64,000 nt of DNA from Emiliania huxleyi CCMP1516 (taxonomy: Eukaryota). A program made the position numbers and the translations under genes. This document shows positions 33,738 through 45,900 of the stretch, piece by piece. Each line of letters starts with the position of its first letter. Positions within the stretch are counted from its first letter, which is position 1. The notes under the pieces are model-generated. The model was given only the letters and a program-made list of their open reading frames with translations, was not told where the DNA came from and made no database searches. Location of the stretch: NCBI RefSeq assembly GCF_000372725.1, contig NW_005202428.1:62001-126000 (forward strand). The letters run 5' to 3'.

Positions 33738-33814
33738 TGTGTTAGTGAGTACGCCACATGAAGGACTCCATACCCGAAAAAAAAGCGAGAAATCCGAGCA
33801 TCTGGCCCGCTGGG

Positions 33815-33927
33815 TGGCGGCAAATGATCGCAGTGGGCGTCAGAAGACTCGTCCTTGCGCGAGGAGAGCTCGATAGACTCGAGGGGCCAAGATATGCTGC
33901 GAGGAGGGCGGAGCTGCGCCGAAAGGC
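33815..33927 (+). repeat. Dispersed repeat E, second copy at 61190-61308
   Basis: Shared TGGCGGCAAATGATCGCAGTGGG...CGTCAGAAGA...GCGCGAGGAGAGCTCGATA...CTCGAGGGGCCAA...GCGCCGAAAGGC. Confidence 0.88.
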
Positions 33928-35331
33928 AAAAGAATCTAGGGTACCATACTTCCGGGCCGGTGTGCGGGGAGCGAATCTTAACGACCGCCCCAGAAGCTTT
34001 CTGAGCGCACCAATCGGGCCAGGATCATCAGCATATGTCCCCTCCACAACATCGTGGGCGTTTGAGCGTGAGTATGTATGTATGTAGAAAGATGAACAAC
34101 AGTCAGGCTCGGACTGGACACCAACGCGGTATGGGTGGACGCGGGACAGATGATGGCGACACGCACGAACGACACACAGACACAAACAAGCTCACAAGAC
34201 ACACAGCCAGCTGATCAGCTGGCTGCCACACACCCTGAGTTGGCGTACACATAACTCAAGGCCGCGCACCCCCCCTGTCGTCTCCCCCAGCCAAGTCGCC
34301 GAAGGAACAAACAAGGGCACAACAACACAACAGACGACAGGGGCGAGCGCGTGAGGCTGGAGCAGTCTTGCTCGTCCTCTAGCAATCTCCGCCGACCGCG
34401 AGGCCGGACTAGACCGTGTGTGGGGTCATGTGAGGTGTCTCTGGTCACTCTCCTCAGGGGCTAGCCGCCAGCCGCTAGCCCTATCTCGCACTCACTGGCG
34501 GTGACAATTCTATGGGTGAGCGTATGCGAGTAGAGGCGCGTGAGCCGATTCTTGATCGCATGCCATTGGCATATAACTTGGCTTGGCGTGCGACCTCAGC
34601 GCGCCCGCCGTCAGCTCGACGGGGCGCGCATGTCAGCGAGAGGTTTGCCGGTAGAGCGATCCCGGTCTTGTCGAACGCGAGCCCCACGCCACGGTTGCCA
34701 GCCGTGCCTTCGCGAGAGTCGCCCTCGAGCCGCGTCCCGTCGGCACTACCCTCGAGTGCGTGTCGCTTTGGTTGGCGACACCCACTCGTCGAGGACAGTC
34801 CGGCCGACGGGAGCCTGTCGCGCGCCGGCGACGAATGCGGCGTGCGTGTGTGCCTTCGAAGCGACGATGGCACGACCACCGCCCTGCTTCCTGACCGGGC
34901 AAGGAGGGGCCTACTCCCGTTCCGCGAGGAACAGGAGGTCTCCCCCCCTCCCCCGGCCTGACGCCTGAGCAGCGACGGGTGGACGGCAGCCCCTTCGAGG
35001 TTGGCAGGCGAGCCAGTTCAGTCTCAGCCACACGCCCCCCGCGCCTGTACTCCACCAAGTCAAGGTGAAAAGATCTTATCAGCCAGCTGGGCAGGGCAGG
35101 CGGGCAGGCGGGCGGGGTCAGGGAAGACTATTCCAAGACTCGCGAGAGATGCCACACGCCCCTCGCGCGAGGCAGTTCGCAGAGCACCTCCTACCCACGC
35201 GAGGTTAGCATCCACCCCTCGCAAGACTATGTATGTATGTAGGTAGGTATGGGGGCGGCGTGAGTTGACCACACCATACCCCGCAAAAAGTCCGAACGCA
35301 GGGCTGGCTTGGCTGACCTCTCTCTCGACAG

Positions 35332-38300
35332 ATGAACGGCACGAATTGCCCGCCTGCGGCCGGCAAACTGCTCGTGGACGGACAGGACGCGCGGACGAAG
35401 CAGGAGATCCTCCAGATGATCGTCCAGTACCTGCACGACGAGGGCTACACTGCGGCGGTGAGCCTGCGCGCCTCTCCCGCCCCAAGCCTCCGAGGCTTGC
35501 AATTCCTGAGGCTGTCCCACGCCTCGACCGCTGCTCCGCTCGCCGCCACGCCGGTGCCACGCCACGAGCACGCCCACGACGCGTCCACGACGCGTCCTTT
35601 GCCAAACCGCGGTAGGTCGCGACGGTGCAGGACGAGGCCAACGTGCGCTCGCTCGATGCGCAGCGCGCGCGGACGGCGGTGCGGCGGCTCCGGCGCGCGG
35701 TGCTCGACGGCGATTGGCCCGAGATGGAGAAGCTCGTGCCCCGTGCCATCGCCGGCACGTGCGAGCAGAAGGCCTGCCTAGACGCCGTGCACCGGCTGCA
35801 GCTCCCAGTTGGTTCCTGACAGAATGGCGGTGCATGGAAGGTGTTCCTGTACGCCGCGTACCGGCTGCAGTTTCTCGAGCTGCTGGACGGAGGCGAGCAG
35901 CACAAGGCGTTCACGCAGCTGACGAAGCGGCTCAAGCCACTCGAGAGCTGCGCGCCGTCGCCCGCAGAGTTCCGGGACCTCTGCTACCTCCTCACCTGCT
36001 CTGTGAACGGCGTCTATTCACACCTCCAGCTGTGAACAGGTTCCGCGACCTCTGCTACCTCCTCACCTGCCGCTCCGTGCACGAGGTGTGGGCAGACGCC
36101 GGGCGCGGCGTGCGCGGGATGTCGCGAGTCCTGACTGCTGACTGAGAAACCAGGTGGTGCGGGACTGGGAGGGGGCGGCGGCGGCGCGCGAGTCACTGCT
36201 GCAGCAGCACGAGGTGTTTCACACACTCCTTCACACACTCCTTCACACACTCCTCCACACACTCCTTCACACACTCCTTCACACACTCCTTCACACACTC
36301 CTTCACACACTCCTTCACACACTCCTCCACACACTCCTTCACACACTCCTCCACACACTCCTTCACACACTCCTTCACACACTCCTTCACACACTCCTTC
36401 ACACACTCCTCCACACACTCCTTCACACACTCCTTCACACACTCCTTCACACACTCCTTCACACACTCCTTCACACACTCCTTCACACACTCCTTCACAC
36501 ACTCCTCCACACACTCCTTCACTCCTTCACACACTCCTTCACACACTCCTCCACACACTCCTTCACACACTCCTTCACACACTCCTTCACACACTCCTTC
36601 ACACACTCCTTCACACACTCCTTCACACACTCCTTCACACACTCCTCCACACACTCCTTCACACACTCCTTCACACACTCCTTCACACACTCCTCCACAC
36701 ACTCCTCCACACACTCCTCCACACACTCCTTCACACACTCCTCCACACACTCCTTCACACACTCCTTCACACACTCCTTCACACACTCCCACACCGCTCA
36801 CCCACGCGCACTGGGCCATGCACTTTTCATGCCGTGCGGCTCCTGTCGTCCAAACGTGGAGTCGCGAGGGACAGCCCGGCCCTTGCCCCACCACCTCGTG
36901 CGTTTACCTTACCTTACCCCACCTTAGGTGCTTCTGGAGCTGCAGCAACCTGAGGCAGCCGAAGAGGTGTGTGTGTGTGTCGCGCCGTGCGCGCGGCGGC
37001 GGCGGGGGGGGGGGGGGGGGGGGGGGGGCTCTTCCCGAGGGCCCCCCTCTTGGAGCCCCCCCCCCCCCCCCCAAAAAGCTGCAAACAACCCCGGGGAAAG
37101 ACGGTTATACCGCCCCCCCCCTTCCCCCATGCGTTAGAGGGCAGGCGGGAGGCGGACTCCCATCACCTCGGTACCTGGCCCGTGGACGGTGGAGGGAATC
37201 TTACCAAAAGTGCNNNNNNNNNNNNNNNNNNNNNNNNNNNNNNNNNNNNNNNNNNNNNNNNNNNNNNNNNNNNNNNNNNNNNNNNNNNNNNNNNNNNNNN
37301 NNNNNNNNNNNNNNNNNNNNNNNNNNNNNNNNNNNNNNNNNNNNNNNNNNNNNNNNNNNNNNNNNNNNNNNNNNNNNNNNNNNNNNNNNNNNNNNNNNNN
37401 NNNNNNNNNNNNNNNNNNNNNNNNNNNNNNNNNNNNNNNNNNNNNNNNNNNNNNNNNNNNNNNNNNNNNNNNNNNNNNNNNNNNNNNNNNNNNNNNNNNN
37501 NNNNNNNNNNNNNNNNNNNNNNNNNNNNNNNNNNNNNNNNNNNNNNNNNNNNNNNNNNNNNNNNNNNNNNNNNNNNNNNNNNNNNNNNNNNNNNNNNNNN
37601 NNNNNNNNNNNNNNNNNNNNNNNNNNNNNNNNNNNNNNNNNNNNNNNNNNNNNNNNCTCGGCTAGCTCCTCTGCGACTACTCGCTGCCGCTGCTGCCGAA
37701 CCGCGCCCGCCTCTGCCTCCGAGGCCACAGGGGCGGAGTCAAGAGCGTCGCGTGGCTGCAGGTCGGCGGCGGCGGCGGCGCCGAGACTACTGGTGTCTTA
37801 TAGGCTTGAATCCTTCAGATGGGTATGCTACATATCTGTGCATGCATTATGCAGGCGAGCTGCTCGTGTCGGGCTCGAACGCCCCCACCGTACGGCTGTG
37901 GGAGGCTGGCCCGCTTGCGGTGTTTGTGCGGTGGGGGGGTGGGGGGGGGGGTGAGGATGAGCTTGCCAATGCCACTCTAGTGAAGCTCTCGCAATAGGTT
38001 GGGCCGCCTGCGGTCGCCGCGGGTGGCAGCGACGCGCGCGAGTCTGCGGGCGGCAGCGAGTCTGCGGGCGTGTCTGCGGGCGGGTGCGGCTGGGCCGGGT
38101 CGGTGTGCGTGCTGCAGCACCCGTCTCGCGTGTGGGCGGTCGCCACGCGGGGCGGGGGGGGAGGTGGCGTGCCGCTGCTCGCTTCGGCGTGCGCGGACGG
38201 CCGGGTGCGGCTGTGGGACGCGCGCGACCCTAGAAGCGGAACACGTGCTCTTGCACTCCGACTAGCGCTCCAGAGGACATGTACATGTACATGTTGTGCA

Positions 38301-39576
38301 TGCACAACATGTATTCGGCCGTATTCAGCTGTAGTCACTGTATTCCGATCCGTTGTGTTCACGCGGTGCTCTGAAGACGCTGCACAAGACCGTCTCCCCG
38401 CCCTCAGTTGGCGTACTCAGCACGTAGGCGCGCGACGCGGTCGCGAGCTACGCCGCCGGCGGCGTAGCGGGCAGTGCGGGCGTCGGCGCGGGGCTGCGGC
38501 TAGGTTCGCACGAGGGTCAGGGTTAGGGTTAGGGTTAGGGTTAGGGTTAGGGTTAGGGTTAGCGGCGCGGGGCTGCGGCTAGGCTCGCACGAGGGTTGGG
38601 GTTAGGGTTAGGGTTAGGGTTAGGGTTAGGGTTAGGGTTAGGGTTAGCGGCGCGGGGCTCAGGCTAGGTACGCACGAGGGCGACGGCTACACGGCCGGTC
38701 ATGGTTGATGAGTGAATTCATTCCTTGACAGGCTCGCACGAGGGCGACGCGTACACGGTCGGGCTTCACCCGAGCGAGGCCGAGTTGCGAGGAGGTGCGG
38801 GGTACGGTGCCTCAGGCGTTGGGTTGAGTCGTTGGCGAGCTCGCTCCTAGGCGGTCGGGATGAGCGGCGGGTACGACGCCGCGGTGCGGCTGTACGATCT
38901 GACGACGGGCGCGCTGCTGCGATCGCTGGTGGGGCACGAGCGCAGCGTCTCGAGCGCCGTGTTCAACTCGGCGGGCAACCTGATCGTGTCTGGCGGCAAG
39001 GACGCGACGGTCCGCTTCTGGGACGCGCGATCCGGTCTCTGCCTCAAGTGCTTCGAGAGCCCGCTGGGGGAGGTGGGCTCGGCCGTGGCCTCGCGCCCAG
39101 CGGCGTCTCTTCACACCTCTGAGCCCTGCCACTGCTGTGAACAGGTGACCTCGGTCGACCTCGCGCCCAACGGCGTGCACCTTGTCTCGTCGTCTAAAGA
39201 CAACGCGCTGCGGCTGTGGGACGTGCGCACCGCCAAGCCGCTCCTCGTGCTCAAGGGGCACCAGAACACCGCGCGCAACTTTGTGCGCGCGCGCTTCGCC
39301 AAGGGCGGCACCCTCGTCGCCTCCGGCTCAGACGACGGCGGCGCGTTCCTCTGGCACGCGAGCTCGGGCGAGCTCGCCGCTCGGCTCGGCGGGCACACGG
39401 ATGTGGTGTACGACACGGCGTGGAGCGAGCCGCTCGACCTCATCGCCACCGCGTCGCACGACGGCCTGATCAAGCTGTGGGGGTGGGACGCCGCCGCGCC
39501 GGGTAGCGTCGCGGGCAGCGCGGCGGCGGGGTGGGACGGGCCGTGGAGGAATCGGCCCGCCGGCGGCGCCGTGTAG
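35332..39576 (+). CDS. LisH-CTLH + WD40 repeat protein, multi-exon, spans a gap
   Basis: LisH segment EILQMIVQYLHDEGY and CTLH segment LRRAVLDGDW...FLYAAYRLQFLELL. WD repeats include SGGYDAAVRLYD, GHERSVSS...SGGKDATVRFWD, SSSKDNALRLWD and GHTDVVYD...ASHDGLIKLW. Confidence 0.85.
36217..36793 (+). repeat. 12-bp tandem array (CTTCACACACTC)n inside intron 36214-36927
   Basis: Directly visible array of about 48 units with occasional T>C variants. Confidence 0.95.
37214..37656. other. Assembly gap (others at 43781-44599, 45729-46329 and 62616-63082)
   Basis: Runs of N. The flanking sequence is homopolymer-rich and looks low quality. Confidence 1.
38220..38427 (+). mobile_element. Introner-like intron, copy 2 (in the WD40 gene)
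   Basis: GC...AG intron whose removal restores LWD|ARD. It is homologous to 3860-4072, and GCGCGCGAC is duplicated at the intron start and the next exon start. Confidence 0.7.
38523..38647 (+). repeat. Interstitial (TTAGGG)n tracts inside an intron
   Basis: Two tracts of about 6-7 TTAGGG units at 38523-38562 and 38602-38647, within intron 38504-38731. Confidence 0.92.
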
Positions 39577-40632
39577 CATGAGTGGAATTACGTCGTCTCA
39601 TTTGTAGAGGAGCATGGAGAGGAGTACGAGCAAAGCCGGTCTATCTTTTTCTCGGTCTCGCGCGATCCCCCCCCCGCGGCGCGCGCTCTCAAGGTCAAGC
39701 CGCCGGCGCGCCGCTCTCCCGGAACTCCCGCGCGCGGGGGGCCCGGGGGGCCGTCACTCCCTCTCAGTTCCTCTCGCACAAAAATACTGGGCACCTGCTG
39801 CGGCGTGCGGGCTACCCAACGCGGCCAAAGGATATCCACCTCGAGAACCTCGAGAACGACTCTTGTGCATCGGCGATGGAGTGGAGGAGGAGCTGAGGCG
39901 CATCATGATCGGCTAACCTCGGAATGTGGAGGCAGTATGACTGTGCTCGCTCCTACACAGCCATCTTACCTAAGGATGGCTGAGCTAGCTGCAGTGCAGC
40001 CATAGCCTTCATCCCGATGGCTGCAATACACACAGGGCAGCCATCCTTGGTAGACATGGCTGGAGACGCACTACCGCAGCCATACCGCCTGTGCCTCGGT
40101 GAGCCCTCTTGGCTGAGCTGGCAATATTGGGTAAGATGGCTGTGAGGTCGAGGGCGAGGTAGCTGAGGTGATGGAGGCCGCATCGCGCTACGCGTATGGA
40201 GGCGGGGGGGCAGAGGAGAGGTGTGGCGGGACATGAAGACCCGTGGTTGGTGGCATACGGCTTTAAGTGAGTCGAGAGAGAGAGAGCAAAGCATTCCGCT
40301 TTGGGCGTGTCCACTTACTCCGCCTCCTCGGCCGTCGCAGTTGTGCAACTGCGACGGTTTTTGTCGAGTTCGCTCTGGCAGGCGGTAGCGACATGCCGCC
40401 GTCGGAAAATTCGACTGTACAAAAAATGAGCTACCACGACACCTGACCGTGTGAGCGCGTGCGACAAAATCTGGCAGAGAAAATGCGTGCATTTCATGTG
40501 ATGACAAAAACGATGCGTGTTGCGCGCCTTGTGCGGTGCGCTGTTACCGTTTGCGTGGGCGGCGCGCCGGGCGGCGGCGGCGCTCTCGTCCAATGCGCAC
40601 TAGCCTCGATGGCGGTCGTCTCCGAAGCCCGA

Positions 40633-41312
40633 TTAACCCTCATCTGCCGGGCGAGCGCGACTCCTGCGCTCGAGCTTGCGCGCAACTATATCCCCGACGT
40701 ACTCCTCGAGCAGCTCCACGAGGCGGGTGCCGAAGAGCTCGCGAGGCGAGTTTGAGGTGCCGCCCTTCGACCTGAACCGAGAGCGAGTCGCTGCTCGCGT
40801 CACGCGGTGGCCGAACCGCGCCGCTGTTCCCGGCGCTCGGCTTTCCTCGGCAGCCGTTGGCGTCCAGTCGGGCGGGAAGAAGCGTTCCTTGTGCTTCTGG
40901 ACCAAGTCGTAAATTTCCCTCATGTGCGGCAAATCCTTCTGGCGGATAATCAGCGAGTACAGCCCGAGGGCGGGGACGACGAGCAACTCCTTGTCGCTCT
41001 CGATGGTGAACTGGCCCTCAAACACAAAGAACGAGAGCGACTCGAGGGGGAAGGGGCGGAGGAGTCCACCCGTGCCCTGCATCACGTACGAGTTTGCCGA
41101 GCCAGAGCCGCATAACTTGGACAGCATCTCGACGCGGCAAAACCCGCGCTTGCAGTAGTCCTCCAGGTCCATCGTGCAGCCGTGGTCGTGGTGCACCGCA
41201 GTCGGCGCCACAGCTACAAAGACATCGCAGTAAGCCGCATACATCGGCAGCGAGGCGATCGCTAGCCTCTGGAGCTTTGGGTGCTTCTGGCTGATGCTGG
41301 TGTAGTCGCACC
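40633..41312 (-). CDS. HET/TIR-like domain exon (DYxSIxQ...AIxSLPxY...YxxRGxCRxE family), probably a 5'-truncated fragment
   Basis: CDYTSISQ...AIASLPMYAAYCDVFVAVAP...YCKRGFCRVEMLS...VFEGQFT...DKELLV. It starts at a CAG acceptor and no upstream exon was recognised. Confidence 0.6.
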
Positions 41313-42340
41313 TGTGGGCACGGATTGGGTTCAACCACTAGTCATAGTCGGGGGAGGCGCTGAACTGCGCCTCACCACTGACCGGGAAGGCCGCCAAGTG
41401 GGCCAGCACAGGTCGCACATTGTGGCAGCAGTCAGCAGTGCATGTCTGATAGCTAGAGCAGCAGCGTCAGGGTCGCAGGGTCGGATCGTGTCAAGCCTCT
41501 CGCCCGGCCGGCCGCGTGCAGACGTCGGCCTGTCTGCTGTCTGGAGTGATCTGTCGGCGGTCAGTACGACCAATCAGGTCGGAGTTTTCTGATGGTTGGA
41601 GGGTCTATCTGTATGTACTCCTCGAGATCTCTCCAAATCGGCCCTCTAATCAACCGTAATCATTCGGGAAGTCGGTGCTCTGAGCGAGTATGAGCGCCGG
41701 AGCCCCGTTTCCGCACTGCGGCGCGGCGCACGGTGCCTCCGGGGGCCCCCGCCTCCCCCCAGAGTCCTGACCAGCCCAGGCCCAGCCTCTCCTCTAACTA
41801 TTGACGTATATATTGATATTGATCGCATCTCTAACTATTGGAGCAATATATTCAATATTTTGCGGGTGCCTTAGCCGTTGCGTACGGTACCGTACAGCGT
41901 AAGCCGTACGTACTTCGAGGGCGAGCAAGGTGCAGGGAGTTAGCCGACGGCGGGGTGGAGCACTGCGAGGGCGAGTGAGGCACGGAGTAGAAGGAGGAAC
42001 GGGGAACTCTTCTGCCGGTCTGCGGTCTGGTGCGGTGACTGGTCGCGTGGACGTGGAGGCACACACTTCGTGGTTCGTGTGTTGGTGTTTGTTTCATCTG
42101 GGGGACGCCTAGTATCAAAATCATTACCATTAGAGGAAAATCCCGCCCGGTCATGTAAAAACAGTGTACAAAATCCTGAGCTCTCCTGCATTGGGGGGGA
42201 CGCCCTCGTCGGGCCCTCTGCGCCGGCAATTGCCGACAGACCGCCCACCAATGTTGTGCGAGACCATCCGCCCGCACTGTACCAACATCCTCTCTGTCTG
42301 TCCACAGCGACGCACGCTCCCCCGCGCACCCCGCGCGCGC

Positions 42341-42884
42341 TCAGAGCGCGGCCGCCTGGAAGCGGTCGGGGGGGGCGCGGGCCCGCTTGGTCGCGCCACG
42401 CCCGTCGGCCGCCGGCGACGAAGGGGCGGAGGATCCCGAGGGAGCGCCTCGCTTCGGCGGCGGCAGCGGCCGCTTCTTTGGGGGAAGTGGCTGCGGCTGC
42501 GGCTGCTGCGGCTGCTGCTGCTGCTGCTGCGGCTGCCGCCGCGCGAGCTCCTTTGCGCGGAAGCGGTGCACCTGCGCTCCACCCTCCCCGCCCACGCGCA
42601 CCTTGACCCAGCCGCGGGACAACTCGACCACCTCGCCTGCCTGGGAAGTGGGGTGAGGGAAGGTCAACTTCAGGCACACAAGGTCAGCTTCACGCACACA
42701 AGGTGTGGCGGGGCAAAGCCCAAGGCGACCCTCGCGTCTCCACGTCTAGACGACAGGGGCCCCACGGCATGAAAAGTGCAAGGCCCAGTGCGCGTGGGTG
42801 AGCGGAGTGGGAGCGCCCGCCTGGGAGTGCAGCGGACCCGCGCGCAGCACTGCCACGCCGTCGCCCGCCGCCAGCGTCGCAGCA

Positions 42885-42915
<31 letters not shown>

Positions 42916-45900
42916 TGTTGGCGCTGTTGGCGCTGTTGCCGCCGCCGCCGCTGTTGCCGCCGCCGCCGCTGTTGCCGCCGCCGCCGCTGTTGCCGCCGCC
43001 GCTGTCCCAAACGCTGCTGCCGTGGCCAGCTCGTTCCGCTTGTCGCCCCGAGAATCCCTGGGAAGAGGAGAGGGAGGATGGGGTGGTGGGGAGGGGGGCG
43101 GGTCACACGGGCGCAGCGGGGCCTGTACCTCGGCTACATCTCGGCTACATCTCGGCTACACTCGGCTACACTCGGCTACATCTCGGCTACATCTCGGCGG
43201 ATCTCGCCTCGGGGAGAAGCAGCCGCGTCCCGTCCTTGAGGGCAGAGGTGGGGCGCAGCGCCGGGTACCTGAAGGGGGTCCAGCCCGCCGCCGAACCGCT
43301 AAGGAAGGGGGCGGGTGAGGGGCGGAGGCGGGGGCGCACCGTCCCCCGCCCTTCCCTCACTGGGCACCGGAGTGGAACTTCTCTAACACAGCCGAAAGAG
43401 ACTGTGGAGGCGGGGGCGGAGGAGGTGCGGTGGTGTGCACCGAGACACGTTGAGCGCCGCCAGCCGCGCAGGGGCGATGCCGAGCGCCTGAGGACAACGC
43501 CGCTGCACGTCACCAGCGGCAGGCCCGTTCTCAGCCGCGAGTGCGCGAGGGGGAGGCGCCGCTGCGATCGCGTCGACCTTCTCGCCCTCGCGAGCGATGT
43601 ACTCGTCGTCGTCGTCCTCCTCCTCCCCCTCCCCCTCCCCCTCCCCCTCCCCCTCCTCCGCCTCCGCCTCCACCCTCTCCTTCTCCTTCTCCGCCGCCGC
43701 GCCGCGCTTGACCGGCCTCGCACCCCTCTTCGCCTGCTGCGACCCTCGCCTTGCGGCGCCGCCGCTCGCCGCCGGCCGTTNNNNNNNNNNNNNNNNNNNN
43801 NNNNNNNNNNNNNNNNNNNNNNNNNNNNNNNNNNNNNNNNNNNNNNNNNNNNNNNNNNNNNNNNNNNNNNNNNNNNNNNNNNNNNNNNNNNNNNNNNNNN
43901 NNNNNNNNNNNNNNNNNNNNNNNNNNNNNNNNNNNNNNNNNNNNNNNNNNNNNNNNNNNNNNNNNNNNNNNNNNNNNNNNNNNNNNNNNNNNNNNNNNNN
44001 NNNNNNNNNNNNNNNNNNNNNNNNNNNNNNNNNNNNNNNNNNNNNNNNNNNNNNNNNNNNNNNNNNNNNNNNNNNNNNNNNNNNNNNNNNNNNNNNNNNN
44101 NNNNNNNNNNNNNNNNNNNNNNNNNNNNNNNNNNNNNNNNNNNNNNNNNNNNNNNNNNNNNNNNNNNNNNNNNNNNNNNNNNNNNNNNNNNNNNNNNNNN
44201 NNNNNNNNNNNNNNNNNNNNNNNNNNNNNNNNNNNNNNNNNNNNNNNNNNNNNNNNNNNNNNNNNNNNNNNNNNNNNNNNNNNNNNNNNNNNNNNNNNNN
44301 NNNNNNNNNNNNNNNNNNNNNNNNNNNNNNNNNNNNNNNNNNNNNNNNNNNNNNNNNNNNNNNNNNNNNNNNNNNNNNNNNNNNNNNNNNNNNNNNNNNN
44401 NNNNNNNNNNNNNNNNNNNNNNNNNNNNNNNNNNNNNNNNNNNNNNNNNNNNNNNNNNNNNNNNNNNNNNNNNNNNNNNNNNNNNNNNNNNNNNNNNNNN
44501 NNNNNNNNNNNNNNNNNNNNNNNNNNNNNNNNNNNNNNNNNNNNNNNNNNNNNNNNNNNNNNNNNNNNNNNNNNNNNNNNNNNNNNNNNNNNNNNNNNNT
44601 ATTCTCCGAGGAAGCCTACGTGCCGGAGTGCGCCACCCTCGGGTGTGTGGGGGGGGAGGGGAGGAGGTCTGTCTCGGGCAAGAGTATGCAGAGTACCGTG
44701 TGAGCACAAGGGGTGGGAACACAGCGAATGCAGCGGGAGGCAGTCGTCCTCTCTAGCGCTTGGATATTAGACAAGACTACGTGTGTCCGCTTCTAGGCGA
44801 AGCAAGCCTCCAGTGAAGTCGCGCGCCCGAGCGCCAAGACGGTGCAGAGAGACCCCTCCTCCTCCGCCTCCGCCGCCGCCCCCCTCCACGGCTGCGGCGG
44901 CGTACGAGCCGTCGCTGTCGCGCAACACAACCTCGTTTGCCCAAAACGCGAGCGGCTTGATCCTACAGGAAGCCTCTAGGAAAGGTCTAGGAAAGGTCCA
45001 GGAAAAGTCTAGGGAGACGCGAGCGGCTTGAGCCTCACGCGGCCGCCGCTCGAGCGCCGCGCCGGCGCGCCCGCCCGCGCCTAGTACCGCACCTCCAGAA
45101 GTCTCGAACCCAGCGTGGGTTCGGTCCCGTGGTCGGTGTGGTAGCGGCGGACCGCCTCCGCCACAAGCGGTGCAGCGCGCTGCCGCACCGCCGCCGCCGC
45201 ACCGACGCCGCTCGCCGCGCCGGCGCCGGCCGAGGAGGCGGAGGCGGGGCCGGTAGCAGCGGGGGAGGCAGCGGGGGCGGGAGCGGGGGCAGGAGTGGCG
45301 GCAGAAGAGGCGGCAGAAGAGTCGGCGGGCTTGGAGGCGGCCTTGGAAGCAGGCTTGGAAGCAGGCGTGGCAGCGGAAGACGCGGCGGGCTTGGCGGCTG
45401 GCTTGGTGCGCCCCTTGCGCAGTGGCTGCTGCCGCCCGGCGCCTGCCCGCGCCGCGCCCGCACCGACTCGCTTGCCGGGCGGCCTCTGCGGCTGTTGCTG
45501 CGGCGGCCGCGGCTCCTCCAGCTCGGGCTCGTCGTCCTTGTCCTCGTCTTCGTCCTCGTCTTGCCGCCGCCGTTGCTGCTGCTGCCGCTGCTGCCGCTGC
45601 AGCCGCTGCTGCCGCTGCTGCCGCTGCTCGTCGCCTTGCTCGTGCTCGCGATGGCGCCCCTCCGCCTCCTCCGCCTCTTCCGCCTCCTCCGCCTCCGCCG
45701 CCTTCGGCACTCCCTCCTCCTCCTCCTTNNNNNNNNNNNNNNNNNNNNNNNNNNNNNNNNNNNNNNNNNNNNNNNNNNNNNNNNNNNNNNNNNNNNNNNN
45801 NNNNNNNNNNNNNNNNNNNNNNNNNNNNNNNNNNNNNNNNNNNNNNNNNNNNNNNNNNNNNNNNNNNNNNNNNNNNNNNNNNNNNNNNNNNNNNNNNNNN

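Noticed and set aside
36154..36927. ORFs encoding (LLHT)n, (VCEG)n or (VKEC)n repeat proteins
   Set aside because: They are translations of a stop-free 12-bp intronic tandem array.
38523..38647. True chromosome end
   Set aside because: The tracts are short and the WD40 reading frame continues on both sides.
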